Origin: Candidatus Cloacimonadales bacterium
GTDB taxonomy: Bacteria > Cloacimonadota > Cloacimonadia > Cloacimonadales > JAFGVF01
Assembly (NCBI GenBank): GCA_963667035.1
Contig: OY762964.1
Span: 1,280,001-1,344,000 of the forward strand
Reading direction: 5' to 3'
Length of the DNA stretch: 64,000 bases
Below are positions 38,470-48,815 of this stretch, piece by piece. How positions within the stretch are numbered: the first letter of the stretch is position 1; each line of letters starts with the position of its first letter. The position numbers and the translations under genes were made by a program. The notes beneath the pieces were generated by a model. It was not told the origin of the DNA, ran no database searches, and was given only the letters and a program-made list of their open reading frames with translations.

Positions 38470-40242
38470 CTAATTATTAGCATTCAATAATCTTTCAAAC
38501 TGTGTGTTTTTCTTTTCATACCAATCAAGTAATGATTCTAGCCAAACATATTTAGATTTCACTTTATTATTGGAAATAAGCTTAGATGATTTTGCTTTTA
38601 CTGTTTCTCTTACATCACTTATAGATTTATTAGTAACCTGTTCCATATCACTAGGAAACAATGATTGTAATTTGTTGAAGCATAGATTTACTATTTTATA
38701 AAGATCAGACCCTAATTCTTTAGGAAAATCATTAGCAAGATTAGTTAATATTGAATGAATATTCTTAGTATAATCGAAATTAGTAAGAAAATTTACGAAT
38801 ATCTTATCTGGCTCACATTTCTCAAATATCAGCAACTCTTTCATATTACTAATGTCAGTACCATGTTTTTTTAGACTTAACATTTTTTCTACAATGCTGG
38901 GATCAATTTGTATCAATGGGTTTTTAGCACTTTTCGATTCTAATTCATATGCTTTAATCAATCCTTGTGAGAATATCATTTTGTCATCAGAGTAATATGA
39001 ACCTAAAGAAACTCCACCCCTCACTAAAAATCCATTTAATAACATAAGAAACTGATATGAAGCTAAAACTAGAAGCATTGAATGTAGTTCTGATAAAAAG
39101 TCATGAGAATTATCAAAAATCGGTATTGATATACATAAGCAATCAGAAAACATTTTGTAATCAATGACTTTGGAGTGTAATGGATTGATTGATGTGTTTT
39201 GTTTAAGTACATCTATAGCCATAGTAAGTGCATTATGAAGATTTAGTAAAGAATTTGATTTTGCATTGTTCTCGAACTCTTCAACAATACTTTTGAACCC
39301 TAAGATATCGATAAAGGCAACTATCGATAGTTCAGTTTCTTTGATATTTCCTCGTTGGTAAAGTTTAGGATTATTAATAACATGTATGTATAGTCCTTTT
39401 TTATAAGGAGTTCCATCTGGCTTGTACTCATCTACTCTAATATAGCACTTCTTAAGGACATTATCAATCATTTGCTTAAACTTTTTTAGATCAAAGGTTA
39501 TAATTTCACTTTCAATTTCAAGATGAATAGCATTGTAGATCTCACAAAGAACCGACTCGTACTCTCCCCAACTACTAATATGCGCTTCATTAATCTTTGC
39601 AAGAATGAACTGAGTTACTAAAAAGTCTATCTCATTAACAATGCTAATCCATAGTTTTAGTTCATTGTTGTCACTTTGATACATATAATGACTATTCCTA
39701 ACTTTTTTTAAGAACTCATCATAAATCGAGCCAGGATCTGTGCTTCTTGAGTATCCATTCTCTTTTAGCCAATTGCATGATAAAACTGCAATAAACCAAT
39801 CATTACAAAGATACTTTATTACATCATCAAATGTTGAGTCCATATAGATTATAAAATGATTGTGAAGTTCACTAGGAAGATTAAATTTATAATAGACAGA
39901 AATCAATTGATAAACTATCATAAATTTGAAATCAATGTCATTCAACAAGTTAACATCAAGTATTAGGATATGTTCAGGATTGCTCATATCCCTATTAAAT
40001 AGGATTTTAGCGGCTCCAACATAGCTTCTCGCAGATACTGTATGCATTTCAGGTCCTAATTCTTTACTCTTCTTAACAATCATATCCTCATATTGGTCAG
40101 TTAGCCAAATCTGTGTTATCGATGGATGAAGAAATCCTTTTACACTAATATCGTTTATAACACTCTCAATATACTCTTTTATTTCTTCTTTAACATTTAG
40201 CAAGAAGCTAAGTTTACTGCTAATGTTTAAGCATAATTCCAT
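38470..40242 (-). CDS. Hypothetical protein with a C-terminal class III nucleotidyl-cyclase-like domain
   Basis: IVAFIDILGF, MFSDCLCIS, LVRGGVSLG and FSQGLIKAYELESKSAKNPLIQID motifs; unrecognised ~300-aa N-terminus; GAGGTG SD. Confidence 0.72.
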   Translation of the reverse strand: MELCLNISSKLSFLLNVKEEIKEYIESVINDISVKGFLHPSITQIWLTDQYEDMIVKKSKELGPEMHTVSARSYVGAAKILFNRDMSNPEHILILDVNLLNDIDFKFMIVYQLISVYYKFNLPSELHNHFIIYMDSTFDDVIKYLCNDWFIAVLSCNWLKENGYSRSTDPGSIYDEFLKKVRNSHYMYQSDNNELKLWISIVNEIDFLVTQFILAKINEAHISSWGEYESVLCEIYNAIHLEIESEIITFDLKKFKQMIDNVLKKCYIRVDEYKPDGTPYKKGLYIHVINNPKLYQRGNIKETELSIVAFIDILGFKSIVEEFENNAKSNSLLNLHNALTMAIDVLKQNTSINPLHSKVIDYKMFSDCLCISIPIFDNSHDFLSELHSMLLVLASYQFLMLLNGFLVRGGVSLGSYYSDDKMIFSQGLIKAYELESKSAKNPLIQIDPSIVEKMLSLKKHGTDISNMKELLIFEKCEPDKIFVNFLTNFDYTKNIHSILTNLANDFPKELGSDLYKIVNLCFNKLQSLFPSDMEQVTNKSISDVRETVKAKSSKLISNNKVKSKYVWLESLLDWYEKKNTQFERLLNANN

Positions 40243-40259
40243 ATATACACCTCGTCAGT

Positions 40260-40343
40260 TTATTTATCAATTTCATCTTCATAGACATTTTCCAAGGATT
40301 GCTTATGCTTCTCTACATTCAACTTGATGAAATCATTACTAAA
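40260..40343 (-). pseudogene. Possible 3' remnant of a lost upstream gene
   Basis: FSNDFIKLNVEKHKQSLENVYEDEIDK* ends 17 nt before the cyclase-like ATG; bounded upstream by an in-frame TGA. Confidence 0.3.
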
Positions 40344-40396
40344 TCATATTTGAAAAGTCAATATAAAACTTAAAGTAATATGTGAATCAATCCACA

Positions 40397-40577
40397 TTTT
40401 CCGATAAATTACACACCCTTCCCATGACCAATAGACAGTTAATTTTCACATATTTCCTACTTAACACTTACTTAACACTCTCTTGAGTGGTGAGAATTAT
40501 GTGAGTTATATGTGAATTATTAATGTTGATGAAGTGATTATTGGTCATGAATAAAGAATGAAAGACTGATCGGAAAA
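40397..40577. repeat. Long imperfect fold-back with 11-bp phased repeats
   Basis: IR pairs TTTTCCGAT/ATCGGAAAA, CATGACCAATA/TATTGGTCATG and TTCACATAT/ATATGTGAA; TACTTAACACT x2; GTGA at 40490, 40501, 40512. Confidence 0.6.
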
Positions 40578-40745
40578 AATCAGGTGCTAGTATAGAGTTT
40601 ACCACTACAAGATAAGTAATAAGCCTGAATAAAATTATCCTTATAAACAAAAACAGGTAAGAAGACAAAATAAGGTTAAGATTGCTTGACTTTTTTTTTT
40701 AACTCTCGAAAGTAGGAATGACAATATTAATCGTAGGAGTTTATA

Positions 40746-41063
40746 ATGGATAAGAATCAAGGGTTACAAATTAATTTTGAAAACCTTATGAAGTTGGGAT
40801 TTGCGGTAATTGATGTGCGTTTTAAGGATTATGAAGTAACAAATTCTTTATATAAATATGTTATTTCTGCTGTTGACTCTGATAGAGAGGAGTTTTATAT
40901 TCAAATGCTTAAAACTTATACGGGGAAAGAGTTTAAAGCAGGAGAAGTTCAGGATGTATGGGTTGCTATACTTGAACATAAAATCAAGATGAGTATGATA
41001 CTCAAACGTGATATTGCCATTAAAGTTGCTGCAATGGATTATGTGGAGACTCGTCTGGCATAG
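40746..41063 (+). CDS. Hypothetical protein (DUF4032-like C-terminal motif)
   Basis: WVAILEHK...KRDIAIKVAAMDY motif; AGGAG SD. Confidence 0.7.
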   Translation: MDKNQGLQINFENLMKLGFAVIDVRFKDYEVTNSLYKYVISAVDSDREEFYIQMLKTYTGKEFKAGEVQDVWVAILEHKIKMSMILKRDIAIKVAAMDYVETRLA

Positions 41064-41068
41064 TCAAT

Positions 41069-41470
41069 ATGGAAAAAACTCTTTTACTGATTAAACCTGA
41101 TGCTACTAAAGCGAGAAAGATTGGAGAGATTATTTCAATTATAGAAAGCAAAAGGTATAAAATTGACGAAATTATCATGTTTCGTTTCACTAAAGAATTG
41201 GTTGAACAATTCTATTCCGTACACAGGGAGAAAGAATTCTTTGAGGATTTACAAGAGTTTATGTGTTCAGGAAAAACAGTGGCGATTGTAATATCAGGAT
41301 TGAATGTTATCACTAGAATCAGAAATCTTATCGGTCCCACTGATCCTGAAAAATGCAGACCGGGAACAATTAGAGGTCAATTTGCTACTTCATTAAGAAG
41401 AAATGCTGTTCATGCTTCCGATTCGGAAAGCAGTTTTAAATCGGAGCACAGAGCAATCTTCGGGTATTAG
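41069..41470 (+). CDS. ndk: Nucleoside diphosphate kinase
   Basis: TLLLIKPDA, PGTIRG and RNAVHASDS motifs. Confidence 0.96.
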   Translation: MEKTLLLIKPDATKARKIGEIISIIESKRYKIDEIIMFRFTKELVEQFYSVHREKEFFEDLQEFMCSGKTVAIVISGLNVITRIRNLIGPTDPEKCRPGTIRGQFATSLRRNAVHASDSESSFKSEHRAIFGY

Positions 41471-41488
41471 CAGATATAAAATAGTTTT

Positions 41489-41524
41489 GTCCCTCAAGAT
41501 ATATTATCTTGAGGGACTTTTTTT
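41489..41524 (+). terminator. Intrinsic terminator
   Basis: GTCCCTCAAGATA/TATCTTGAGGGAC followed by T7. Confidence 0.85.
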
Positions 41525-41615
41525 ATTTGTTAACAAAATTCGGTAAGCGATTATAACATTGACATAAATACCCACTCAACAAACTGGAAACAAATTATTG
41601 ATAGTTGGAGAGCTT

Positions 41616-44207
41616 ATGAAAAAATTTGCATCCTTACTGGCACTTATACTGTTCGCCTCATTGGCATTCAGTCAGGAGATGCTTAGAGAAGTGCTTCCTA
41701 ATGGAATGGAAGTGGTAGTAAAAAAGAATGATACTAATAACTCGACCGGAGTATACTGTTTTGTGAAAACAGGCTCTTGCTATGAAGAAGAATTCATGGG
41801 TTGCGGTCTTTCTCATTATCTGGAGCATCTAGTTTCAAGCGGAACAAATGATTTCAGAACCGAGAGCGAGTATCAAGATATCTATAAAAGAGACGGTTTG
41901 AGTTCTAATGCTTACACAAGCACCAATGTAACCGCTTATCATCTGACAGGCGAATCTACTCACACCGACTCTATGATTACATACATCTCCGAGATGGTAA
42001 CATCATGCCGTTTGGATCAATTTGAAGTTGATAGAGAGAAAGAAGTTATCTTAAAAGAGTTTGTATATAGAAGCTCACCAATAAATGCCCAGATAAGACA
42101 GCGCGGCAATGAGATATTCTATCCAAATTCAACTAATAAATATCCGGTAATCGGTTATGTAAATTTGTTTAAGAATGTCACCAGAGATGATTTGGTCACA
42201 TACTACAATAGACACTATGTTCCCAATAACATGATTCTTGTTGTTTCCGGTAATATTGATGTGAAGAAAACAATGGAACATGTGAAGAACACTTATGCCA
42301 AATTTGATCGACAGAGATACAATCCGATAGTTTTAAGTAAACAACCCGGATATGAAGGAAATCATAAGATAGTGCAGGAATTTGATACTGAGAACTCTCA
42401 AGTCATTATTAAATACATACTCCCGGGAGTATCTAATGCCGAGGTTAAAGCTCTCTCAATGGCTCTTCATAACCTTACAGGTCCAAGAAAATCCCCTCTC
42501 TCCTATCTCTTGAAAGATGAATTGCAACTTGTAGAATACATTGTTGGTTATGCTTCCCCTGAATCACGAGAAAACTATCCGGAAGTAAACTTCTATTTCA
42601 ATGCTTATAATGCTGAAGATATAAACAAGATTATTGATATTATCGATAGCGAGATTGCTAAGCAAATCAAACTCGGTTTGAGTGAAAAAAGAGCTAATGA
42701 CTTTGTTGGAAGATACAAAGCTTGGTTACAGTTAAAGAGTGAAGATCCTGATACCGAGTGTAATACAATGGGTAGAAACATGCTTACTTACGGTGTGCCT
42801 TTTACACTTGAAGATGACATTGAAGTGTATGAAACAATTACTGTTGAGGATATGGAACGTGTTCTAAAAAACTATATTGTTCCTAAGAATCGTATGACCT
42901 ATTGTGCAGTACCTATCGGTAAAGCTGATTTGGTTGAAGGCAATCAGAATGTTGTAGCCCTCAAAAAAGACTTCAATAGAGTTATCGATAGCAAGAATAT
43001 GTCTCTTATGATTAAAGAAAATCATACTCGTCCTATACTCAATGCTACTATTAACTTATCAGTATCAACTGATTATGAAGATGAAAACACACAGAATAAA
43101 TTTGATGCTGTTGCGGAGATGCTTTTACGTGGTTCTAAGAACTATTCGTCTCTTGATCTCACCGAATGGTTTGAAAACCATCTCACATATCCTGATGTAG
43201 CAGTATTCCCTCGTGGTCTTCAAATAAGTTTTACATGTATTAAAGATGATTATCCTGCTATGCAAAACATTATACTAGATGCTCTAAACAATCCTTCCTT
43301 CGATCAAAAAGAGATTGAATTGTATCGTCAAGACCTCAAAGCTGAACTACAAAGATTACCTTCAAATGTTAGTGCAGCTCATAGAGATTTTCGTAATAGT
43401 GTCTTATATCCCGGAACTAAAAACGGAACGGCAAAGGCCGATGTTCTTAAAAGCTTAATTGCAATGGAGAAGAATGATTATGAGAATATCTTCAAAGATT
43501 ACTTTCATGGAGAGAAAATAACTGTTGTATTTGTTGGTGATATAACCGAGGATGAAGCGAAGCATTATGCAGAAGCTTTAAAAGACGGTGTGAATACTAA
43601 GAAAGTTCGTGGTACAAAGACTACTTTGCAAATTCCTGAATTAGACGGTGTATACGAGAATCAATATAATTTCGAACAAGTAAACGTTGATGTTAACATG
43701 AAAGCTCCCCTCTTAACGGATAAAGACTATTATCCTTATTTTGTAATGACTCAGATTCTTTCAGGAAGCACAGGAAGATTGCACGAAGCAACAAGAGGTA
43801 CTAAAGACCTAGCGTATTTTGCTTATGCTTCATACTCCGCTACTCCTGATTACGGGTTCATGAGAGTTACATCTCAAACATCTGTAGATAAGAAAGACGA
43901 GCTTGTTTCAACAGTAAATGCTGAGCTTGATAGAATTCAGAATGAACTTGTATCTCAAGATGAGATCAGCCTCTCAATTGGAGAATATGAGAAACAGATT
44001 GCCACAATGATAACTGATGAGAATATCGCAGGATTCATAATGAGCAAGGAGTTATACGGACAACGCTTTGAAGATAGAGCTAAGGAAATGGAGAAATTTA
44101 AGAGTGTTACTCCGGAAGAGATAAAAGCTGTAGCTAAGAAGTATCTTAACAAAAGAGCCGTGTTTGTTTCTTATCCTAATAATGATGTAAAGAAACTTGT
44201 AGATTAA
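41616..44207 (+). CDS. Exported M16 (pitrilysin-family) zinc peptidase
   Basis: Signal peptide; LPNG; inverted zincin SHYLEH; NAYTS; YVPNNMILVVSG. ATG at 41616. Confidence 0.9.
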   Translation: MKKFASLLALILFASLAFSQEMLREVLPNGMEVVVKKNDTNNSTGVYCFVKTGSCYEEEFMGCGLSHYLEHLVSSGTNDFRTESEYQDIYKRDGLSSNAYTSTNVTAYHLTGESTHTDSMITYISEMVTSCRLDQFEVDREKEVILKEFVYRSSPINAQIRQRGNEIFYPNSTNKYPVIGYVNLFKNVTRDDLVTYYNRHYVPNNMILVVSGNIDVKKTMEHVKNTYAKFDRQRYNPIVLSKQPGYEGNHKIVQEFDTENSQVIIKYILPGVSNAEVKALSMALHNLTGPRKSPLSYLLKDELQLVEYIVGYASPESRENYPEVNFYFNAYNAEDINKIIDIIDSEIAKQIKLGLSEKRANDFVGRYKAWLQLKSEDPDTECNTMGRNMLTYGVPFTLEDDIEVYETITVEDMERVLKNYIVPKNRMTYCAVPIGKADLVEGNQNVVALKKDFNRVIDSKNMSLMIKENHTRPILNATINLSVSTDYEDENTQNKFDAVAEMLLRGSKNYSSLDLTEWFENHLTYPDVAVFPRGLQISFTCIKDDYPAMQNIILDALNNPSFDQKEIELYRQDLKAELQRLPSNVSAAHRDFRNSVLYPGTKNGTAKADVLKSLIAMEKNDYENIFKDYFHGEKITVVFVGDITEDEAKHYAEALKDGVNTKKVRGTKTTLQIPELDGVYENQYNFEQVNVDVNMKAPLLTDKDYYPYFVMTQILSGSTGRLHEATRGTKDLAYFAYASYSATPDYGFMRVTSQTSVDKKDELVSTVNAELDRIQNELVSQDEISLSIGEYEKQIATMITDENIAGFIMSKELYGQRFEDRAKEMEKFKSVTPEEIKAVAKKYLNKRAVFVSYPNNDVKKLVD

Positions 44208-44220
44208 ATCACAAATATAG

Positions 44221-44251
44221 AAAAAGGGAGCTAAAAATTAGCTCCCTTTTT
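44221..44251. terminator. Bidirectional terminator
   Basis: AAAAAGGGAGCTAA-AAA-TTAGCTCCCTTTTT. Confidence 0.85.
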
Positions 44252-44264
44252 ATTTTATCCAAAC

Positions 44265-44969
44265 TTAATTGTCTGTAGGATTCCAAGTAATATTCAATTC
44301 GTTGTTATTATCTTTGGCAACAAAATAAGCCTTTTGAGTATTTCCGGTTACCGAATCCTTTAAATATACTAGAGTAGTATCAAACTCAGTGATAGTCTCT
44401 ACAAATTCGCCATTATAATCAGTAATATCCATCTCTAAATCAGAATATAAATTAAGAAAAGGTTTCTTATTCATACTTTTTAGTGTACTATGCTGAATCA
44501 TCTCATTCGGGTTTTCTAATGTAATCAAATACATTTCTCTTTCCAAACTATTGGTGGTCTCATCATCATTATTGAGAAGTGTAAGGCGATAATAATACAA
44601 TCCGGAAACAACATAGTTACCATCTTCATCTGTTCCATTCCATGCTACTTGATGACTTCCCTGTTCCATGTAATCATCTGCAATTTTCTTTATTAATTCA
44701 TGCTCTATGTCATATATAGTAAGGTTAACTCTAGAAGGATTAGGAAGGTCAAACCTAATAGATGTTGTAGGTCTGCCGTCTTTAAGATCGAATGTTTCCG
44801 AATGGTCAACAACATTCTTACTCAAAAGAAATACTTCAACATTTTCAGGGACTTGCTCCCCATTAAGCTTAATTCTAAGAAAGGTGTTATCATCCGAATT
44901 GCTATCATTACAACCGGCTAATAACATTAACAACACAACAAGACTACATAGAAATAATATAATCTTCAA
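44265..44969 (-). CDS. Lipoprotein with an internal FlgD-Ig-like domain
   Basis: Lipobox LAGC; PTTSIRF...IYD...WNGTD...SGLYYY. TTG at 44969 follows AAGGAG. Confidence 0.75.
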   Translation of the reverse strand: MKIILFLCSLVVLLMLLAGCNDSNSDDNTFLRIKLNGEQVPENVEVFLLSKNVVDHSETFDLKDGRPTTSIRFDLPNPSRVNLTIYDIEHELIKKIADDYMEQGSHQVAWNGTDEDGNYVVSGLYYYRLTLLNNDDETTNSLEREMYLITLENPNEMIQHSTLKSMNKKPFLNLYSDLEMDITDYNGEFVETITEFDTTLVYLKDSVTGNTQKAYFVAKDNNNELNITWNPTDN

Positions 44970-45213
44970 CGATATCTCCTTTAACATACAGTACATCCGG
45001 TTTATCAGGTGCACCGTCTTTAATTATCTTATCATTATCACCCTCTAATTTCAATCTCCATATCTCCCACATTCCTTCTTTTTCAACAAGACAGAATGTC
45101 AGTTTTTTCTTAATGAAATCGCTAACAATGAATTCAATCTCTTCTAACGGTTCTGCCTTAGTAACAGGAATACAAAATTCTTCACTTCTAAATACAAATT
45201 CACCCTTTGCCAT
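44944..45213 (-). CDS. Hypothetical protein
   Basis: 89-aa ORF with GAGG SD, within the operon. Confidence 0.7.
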   Translation of the reverse strand: MAKGEFVFRSEEFCIPVTKAEPLEEIEFIVSDFIKKKLTFCLVEKEGMWEIWRLKLEGDNDKIIKDGAPDKPDVLYVKGDIVEDYIISM

Positions 45214-45224
45214 AGTAACCTCTT

Positions 45225-45827
45225 TTAATTCAAAAATTCATGAACTTTGAAACAACCTATATTGTCTATCCATAATGGTTCATTTTGATATGATGGAATA
45301 ATAAAGATTATTCTTCCATATTTGGCTGTCGATTTAAACAAACCGGCACTAATCTCCACTGCTTCCCAAGAATCTCCCGGTTTAATGGGTACAGTGAATT
45401 TATCTTTTAACTCGCCTTTTTTATTATAAGATCTGAATTCCATCTTAACAGTTGTTTTGTTAGCATTTGTTGATTTTACAAAAGCTTTCACATAATAACC
45501 TGCATTCTTATCAATGCTGAATGATTCGGACACTATTAATTTTCTTTGCCCCGTAGGTTCAATGAGCAATGAATTACTACCCTCAGCACTATGATTAGTA
45601 TCTATCTTTAACACTTCAATACTCTTATCTTTTGCCATTACTAACCAAGGAGTAGTGTAATTATCATCTTTGTTCAATGATTCTTCGAAACTACCGTTAA
45701 TAATTAAATCAGGTTTACCGACAGCACTCTCATCTTTAAACAAAATTGAGTTTTTAACAACACATCCCGATAGTATTAAAATAGATAGTAGTATGGGAAC
45801 TATTCTCATCATAACCTCACGTATCAC
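45225..45827 (-). CDS. Lipoprotein with a CBM4/9-like carbohydrate-binding domain
   Basis: Lipobox LSGC; LIINGSFEE...W...EGSNSL...WIDNI. Confidence 0.7.
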   Translation of the reverse strand: MIREVMMRIVPILLSILILSGCVVKNSILFKDESAVGKPDLIINGSFEESLNKDDNYTTPWLVMAKDKSIEVLKIDTNHSAEGSNSLLIEPTGQRKLIVSESFSIDKNAGYYVKAFVKSTNANKTTVKMEFRSYNKKGELKDKFTVPIKPGDSWEAVEISAGLFKSTAKYGRIIFIIPSYQNEPLWIDNIGCFKVHEFLN

Positions 45828-47044
45828 TTTAATAAGCCTTTTTCCAATCTAAACTTTAAGATTAAACCGACTGCAATAGTATTAACAAGTAAATTACTTC
45901 CGCCGTAACTAATAAACGGTAATGGAACACCTGTTGTTGGCATTATTCCTATATTCATACCAATATTAACGAAGAATTGAAATGCCAAATAACAGATTAT
46001 ACCAACACACGCTATTTTTCTATCCCGAACAATAATCTTGTCAATGTTTTTAATTAACTTTGTTAAAAAAACGGTATATAGTATAATTAGTAACCCTGCT
46101 CCTAATAAACCGAATTCTTCACCTATTACAGAGAATATAAAGTCGGTATGTTTCTCGGGTAAGAAGTCCATATTTTTTTGTGTACCAAGCAGGAAACCCT
46201 TTCCATACAAGCCTCCAGAGCCTATAGCAATCTTGGCTTGAATAACTTGATAACCTGCACCCAAAGGATCGTGATTGGGATTCAGGAATGTCAGTATTCT
46301 TCCTTGTTGGTAGGGTTTAAACCCATTCCAAATAACAGGAATCATAAAGAAAATTACCCCATTAACTATATTCAGAATTGCATTTATAGGCCATGCGATT
46401 CCTCTCTTATGAATGTAGATAATTAATATTAATATAAAAAGTATAAACAGAATATTATTGAACGATAACAACACCGATAGTATGGGACTAATTATCATTA
46501 ATAAATAGACAAATGGAACTCCAGCTGCAGCATACATTCCAAAAAGTATCACCCAAAATACTATAGTTGTACCGAAATCCGGTTCTATCAGAATAAAGAA
46601 TATAGGTATTATTGCCGGGATGAGACCTTTCAAGAGGATTTCAGTTTCCGGCATGTGTTTCTTTGAAATAACCTTCGATATCATCAGAATCATAGTTAAC
46701 TTAGCTAGTTCAGAGGGTTGGAAGGAAAGAGGACCTAATGCAAACCAACGATGAGAGCCATTAATTCTTGGCATAAACAATACTAGTACAAGCATTAGGA
46801 TTGAGAGTATGTAGCCAGGGATATAGAATGCCTCAATTAATGGTAATGGAGTGTAGATGATCACTAATAGAGCAATAAAGCTAATGACAAAGAATGCTGT
46901 CTGTTTTAAATAAAACATATTGGTTGTAAGCTCATCCCCTACTTTAGTGGTTGATGCAGTATAAATACAGAATATTCCTACTAAAACCAATAGAACGTAT
47001 AGTACCATTCCTAAATAGTCGAAGTTTTTCCTAAAGTTTGCCAT
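45824..47044 (-). CDS. rodA: Rod shape-determining protein RodA
   Basis: FQPSELAK, EPDFGT, GAGYQ, LPEKHTDFIF and PFISYGGS motifs. Confidence 0.95.
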   Translation of the reverse strand: MANFRKNFDYLGMVLYVLLVLVGIFCIYTASTTKVGDELTTNMFYLKQTAFFVISFIALLVIIYTPLPLIEAFYIPGYILSILMLVLVLFMPRINGSHRWFALGPLSFQPSELAKLTMILMISKVISKKHMPETEILLKGLIPAIIPIFFILIEPDFGTTIVFWVILFGMYAAAGVPFVYLLMIISPILSVLLSFNNILFILFILILIIYIHKRGIAWPINAILNIVNGVIFFMIPVIWNGFKPYQQGRILTFLNPNHDPLGAGYQVIQAKIAIGSGGLYGKGFLLGTQKNMDFLPEKHTDFIFSVIGEEFGLLGAGLLIILYTVFLTKLIKNIDKIIVRDRKIACVGIICYLAFQFFVNIGMNIGIMPTTGVPLPFISYGGSNLLVNTIAVGLILKFRLEKGLLK

Positions 47045-48815
47045 CAGCTAAGTCTCTCCGGTAATCATGATAAAACTTGAATATCTTTCCTGCAATTGGG
47101 GCAGCAGCACTTCCTCCATGACCTGCATTCTCTAGAAAAACAGTAACGGTGATCCCCGGATCATCAGTCAGATCATAACCTGCAAACCAAGCATGAGTAT
47201 CCTTCCCCTGATGATTCTCGGCAGAACCTGTTTTTCCATAAAGTTTTGAACCTCTGTATCGTATATGGTTAGCCGTTCCTTTTGATTCATTCATAACTTT
47301 CCAAAGTCCCTCTTGAACAATCTTAAGATTAGATTGTGAGATTGGAAGTACTCCTATATAATCATCCGCTGTATCACTATACTCAATCTCTTTATCTCCT
47401 ACTGTTTGTTTAAAAAGGTGAGGTCTAGTCCACTTACCGTCATTAGCCAAGGCATTATAGTAAGCACAAATCTGAATTGGAGAGACAAGTAACTCTCCTT
47501 GTCCAATAGATAAATTAACTTTAGGACCAATTATACCGGTATATCGTCCATAATTCTCTTTATACCAACCGGTGGATGGAAAGAACCCATTTCTTTCATT
47601 CAAAAGGTCAATACCTGTTTTAACCGTTAAAAAACTTTTCTTTGTATAAGCTCCCATTTCATCTAAATCCATATTCAGCGAAACATCATAAAAGAAAACA
47701 TCACACGATACTTTAAGAGCTTCTTTTACATCAAGTCTACCATGCCCGTGTTCATCCCAGCATTTAAAGTATCTGTTACCAATATCCATACCACCGTTGC
47801 AAAAGTGCATTTTTGTATATTCTGTAACTATATTATCTTCAAGAGCCATTGAAGCTACAACTGCTTTGTATACTGAGCCCGGAGGATAACCGGAATGGAT
47901 AATTCTATCCATCATAGGCTTTTTTTCATTATTCATTAATGAATTCCAAATATCTACATCAATTCTACGCATGAAGATGTTTTGGTCAAATTCAGGGAAA
48001 CTTACATAAGCAAGAACTTCTCCAGTTTTCTGGTCCATTACAACAACTGCTCCGCTGTACCGTTTAGGAACAATGTCCATTATATATTCTTGCAAATCAT
48101 TATCGATAGTAAGAATTAAATCCAACCCTTTCTTAGTCGGGATATCCGTTACATCCTCAAAAAGAGCCAAATTCCTACCTCTTGAATCTACTTGAGTAAG
48201 CTCCCAACCATCTTGACCTTTAAGAAGGACTTCGTAATACTTCTCAATTCCTGCTCTACCAATTCGAGAATTTATACTGTATCCTTCATCATTCAGAGCA
48301 TTGTACTCATTTGAGTTAATACCACCAATGTATCCTGTAAAATGGTTAGGATATTTGTATTCTCTTGATTGAGCCGACCCGATACTAAGAGAAGGGAAAA
48401 TATCTATTTCTTCGGATAACTCTGCATGTTGGTTTTCAGTAAGATTCTCTACTATCATAATCTTCATATAGGATTTGAATCTGTAATCAAATAACAATTC
48501 CTTAAACTCATCGTTTTCAAGTCCGAATCTCTTCTCCAGAAAAACCTGTAATTCACTTTTATCTCTAATTCTCACAGGTGTAATGTAAAGATTAACTGAC
48601 GGGATATTAGTGACTATAGGTCGAAAGTGTCTATCAAAAATCTCTCCTCTGGTAGCTACAACTCTACGTTTTCTTACATAGTTTCTATCCGCAATATTTG
48701 AATAGTAACTATTCTTCATTATCTGCAATCTAAAGAGTGAGATAAGGAGTATAATTACCAGTAAGTAAATTATTAGTTTTAAATAATCTGTTGTTCTAAG
48801 AGACTGTCTCATCAA
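47031..48815 (-). CDS. mrdA: Penicillin-binding protein 2
   Basis: RGEIFDR, PGSVYK (SxxK), SCD and KTG motifs. Confidence 0.94.
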   Translation of the reverse strand: MMRQSLRTTDYLKLIIYLLVIILLISLFRLQIMKNSYYSNIADRNYVRKRRVVATRGEIFDRHFRPIVTNIPSVNLYITPVRIRDKSELQVFLEKRFGLENDEFKELLFDYRFKSYMKIMIVENLTENQHAELSEEIDIFPSLSIGSAQSREYKYPNHFTGYIGGINSNEYNALNDEGYSINSRIGRAGIEKYYEVLLKGQDGWELTQVDSRGRNLALFEDVTDIPTKKGLDLILTIDNDLQEYIMDIVPKRYSGAVVVMDQKTGEVLAYVSFPEFDQNIFMRRIDVDIWNSLMNNEKKPMMDRIIHSGYPPGSVYKAVVASMALEDNIVTEYTKMHFCNGGMDIGNRYFKCWDEHGHGRLDVKEALKVSCDVFFYDVSLNMDLDEMGAYTKKSFLTVKTGIDLLNERNGFFPSTGWYKENYGRYTGIIGPKVNLSIGQGELLVSPIQICAYYNALANDGKWTRPHLFKQTVGDKEIEYSDTADDYIGVLPISQSNLKIVQEGLWKVMNESKGTANHIRYRGSKLYGKTGSAENHQGKDTHAWFAGYDLTDDPGITVTVFLENAGHGGSAAAPIAGKIFKFYHDYRRDLADGKL

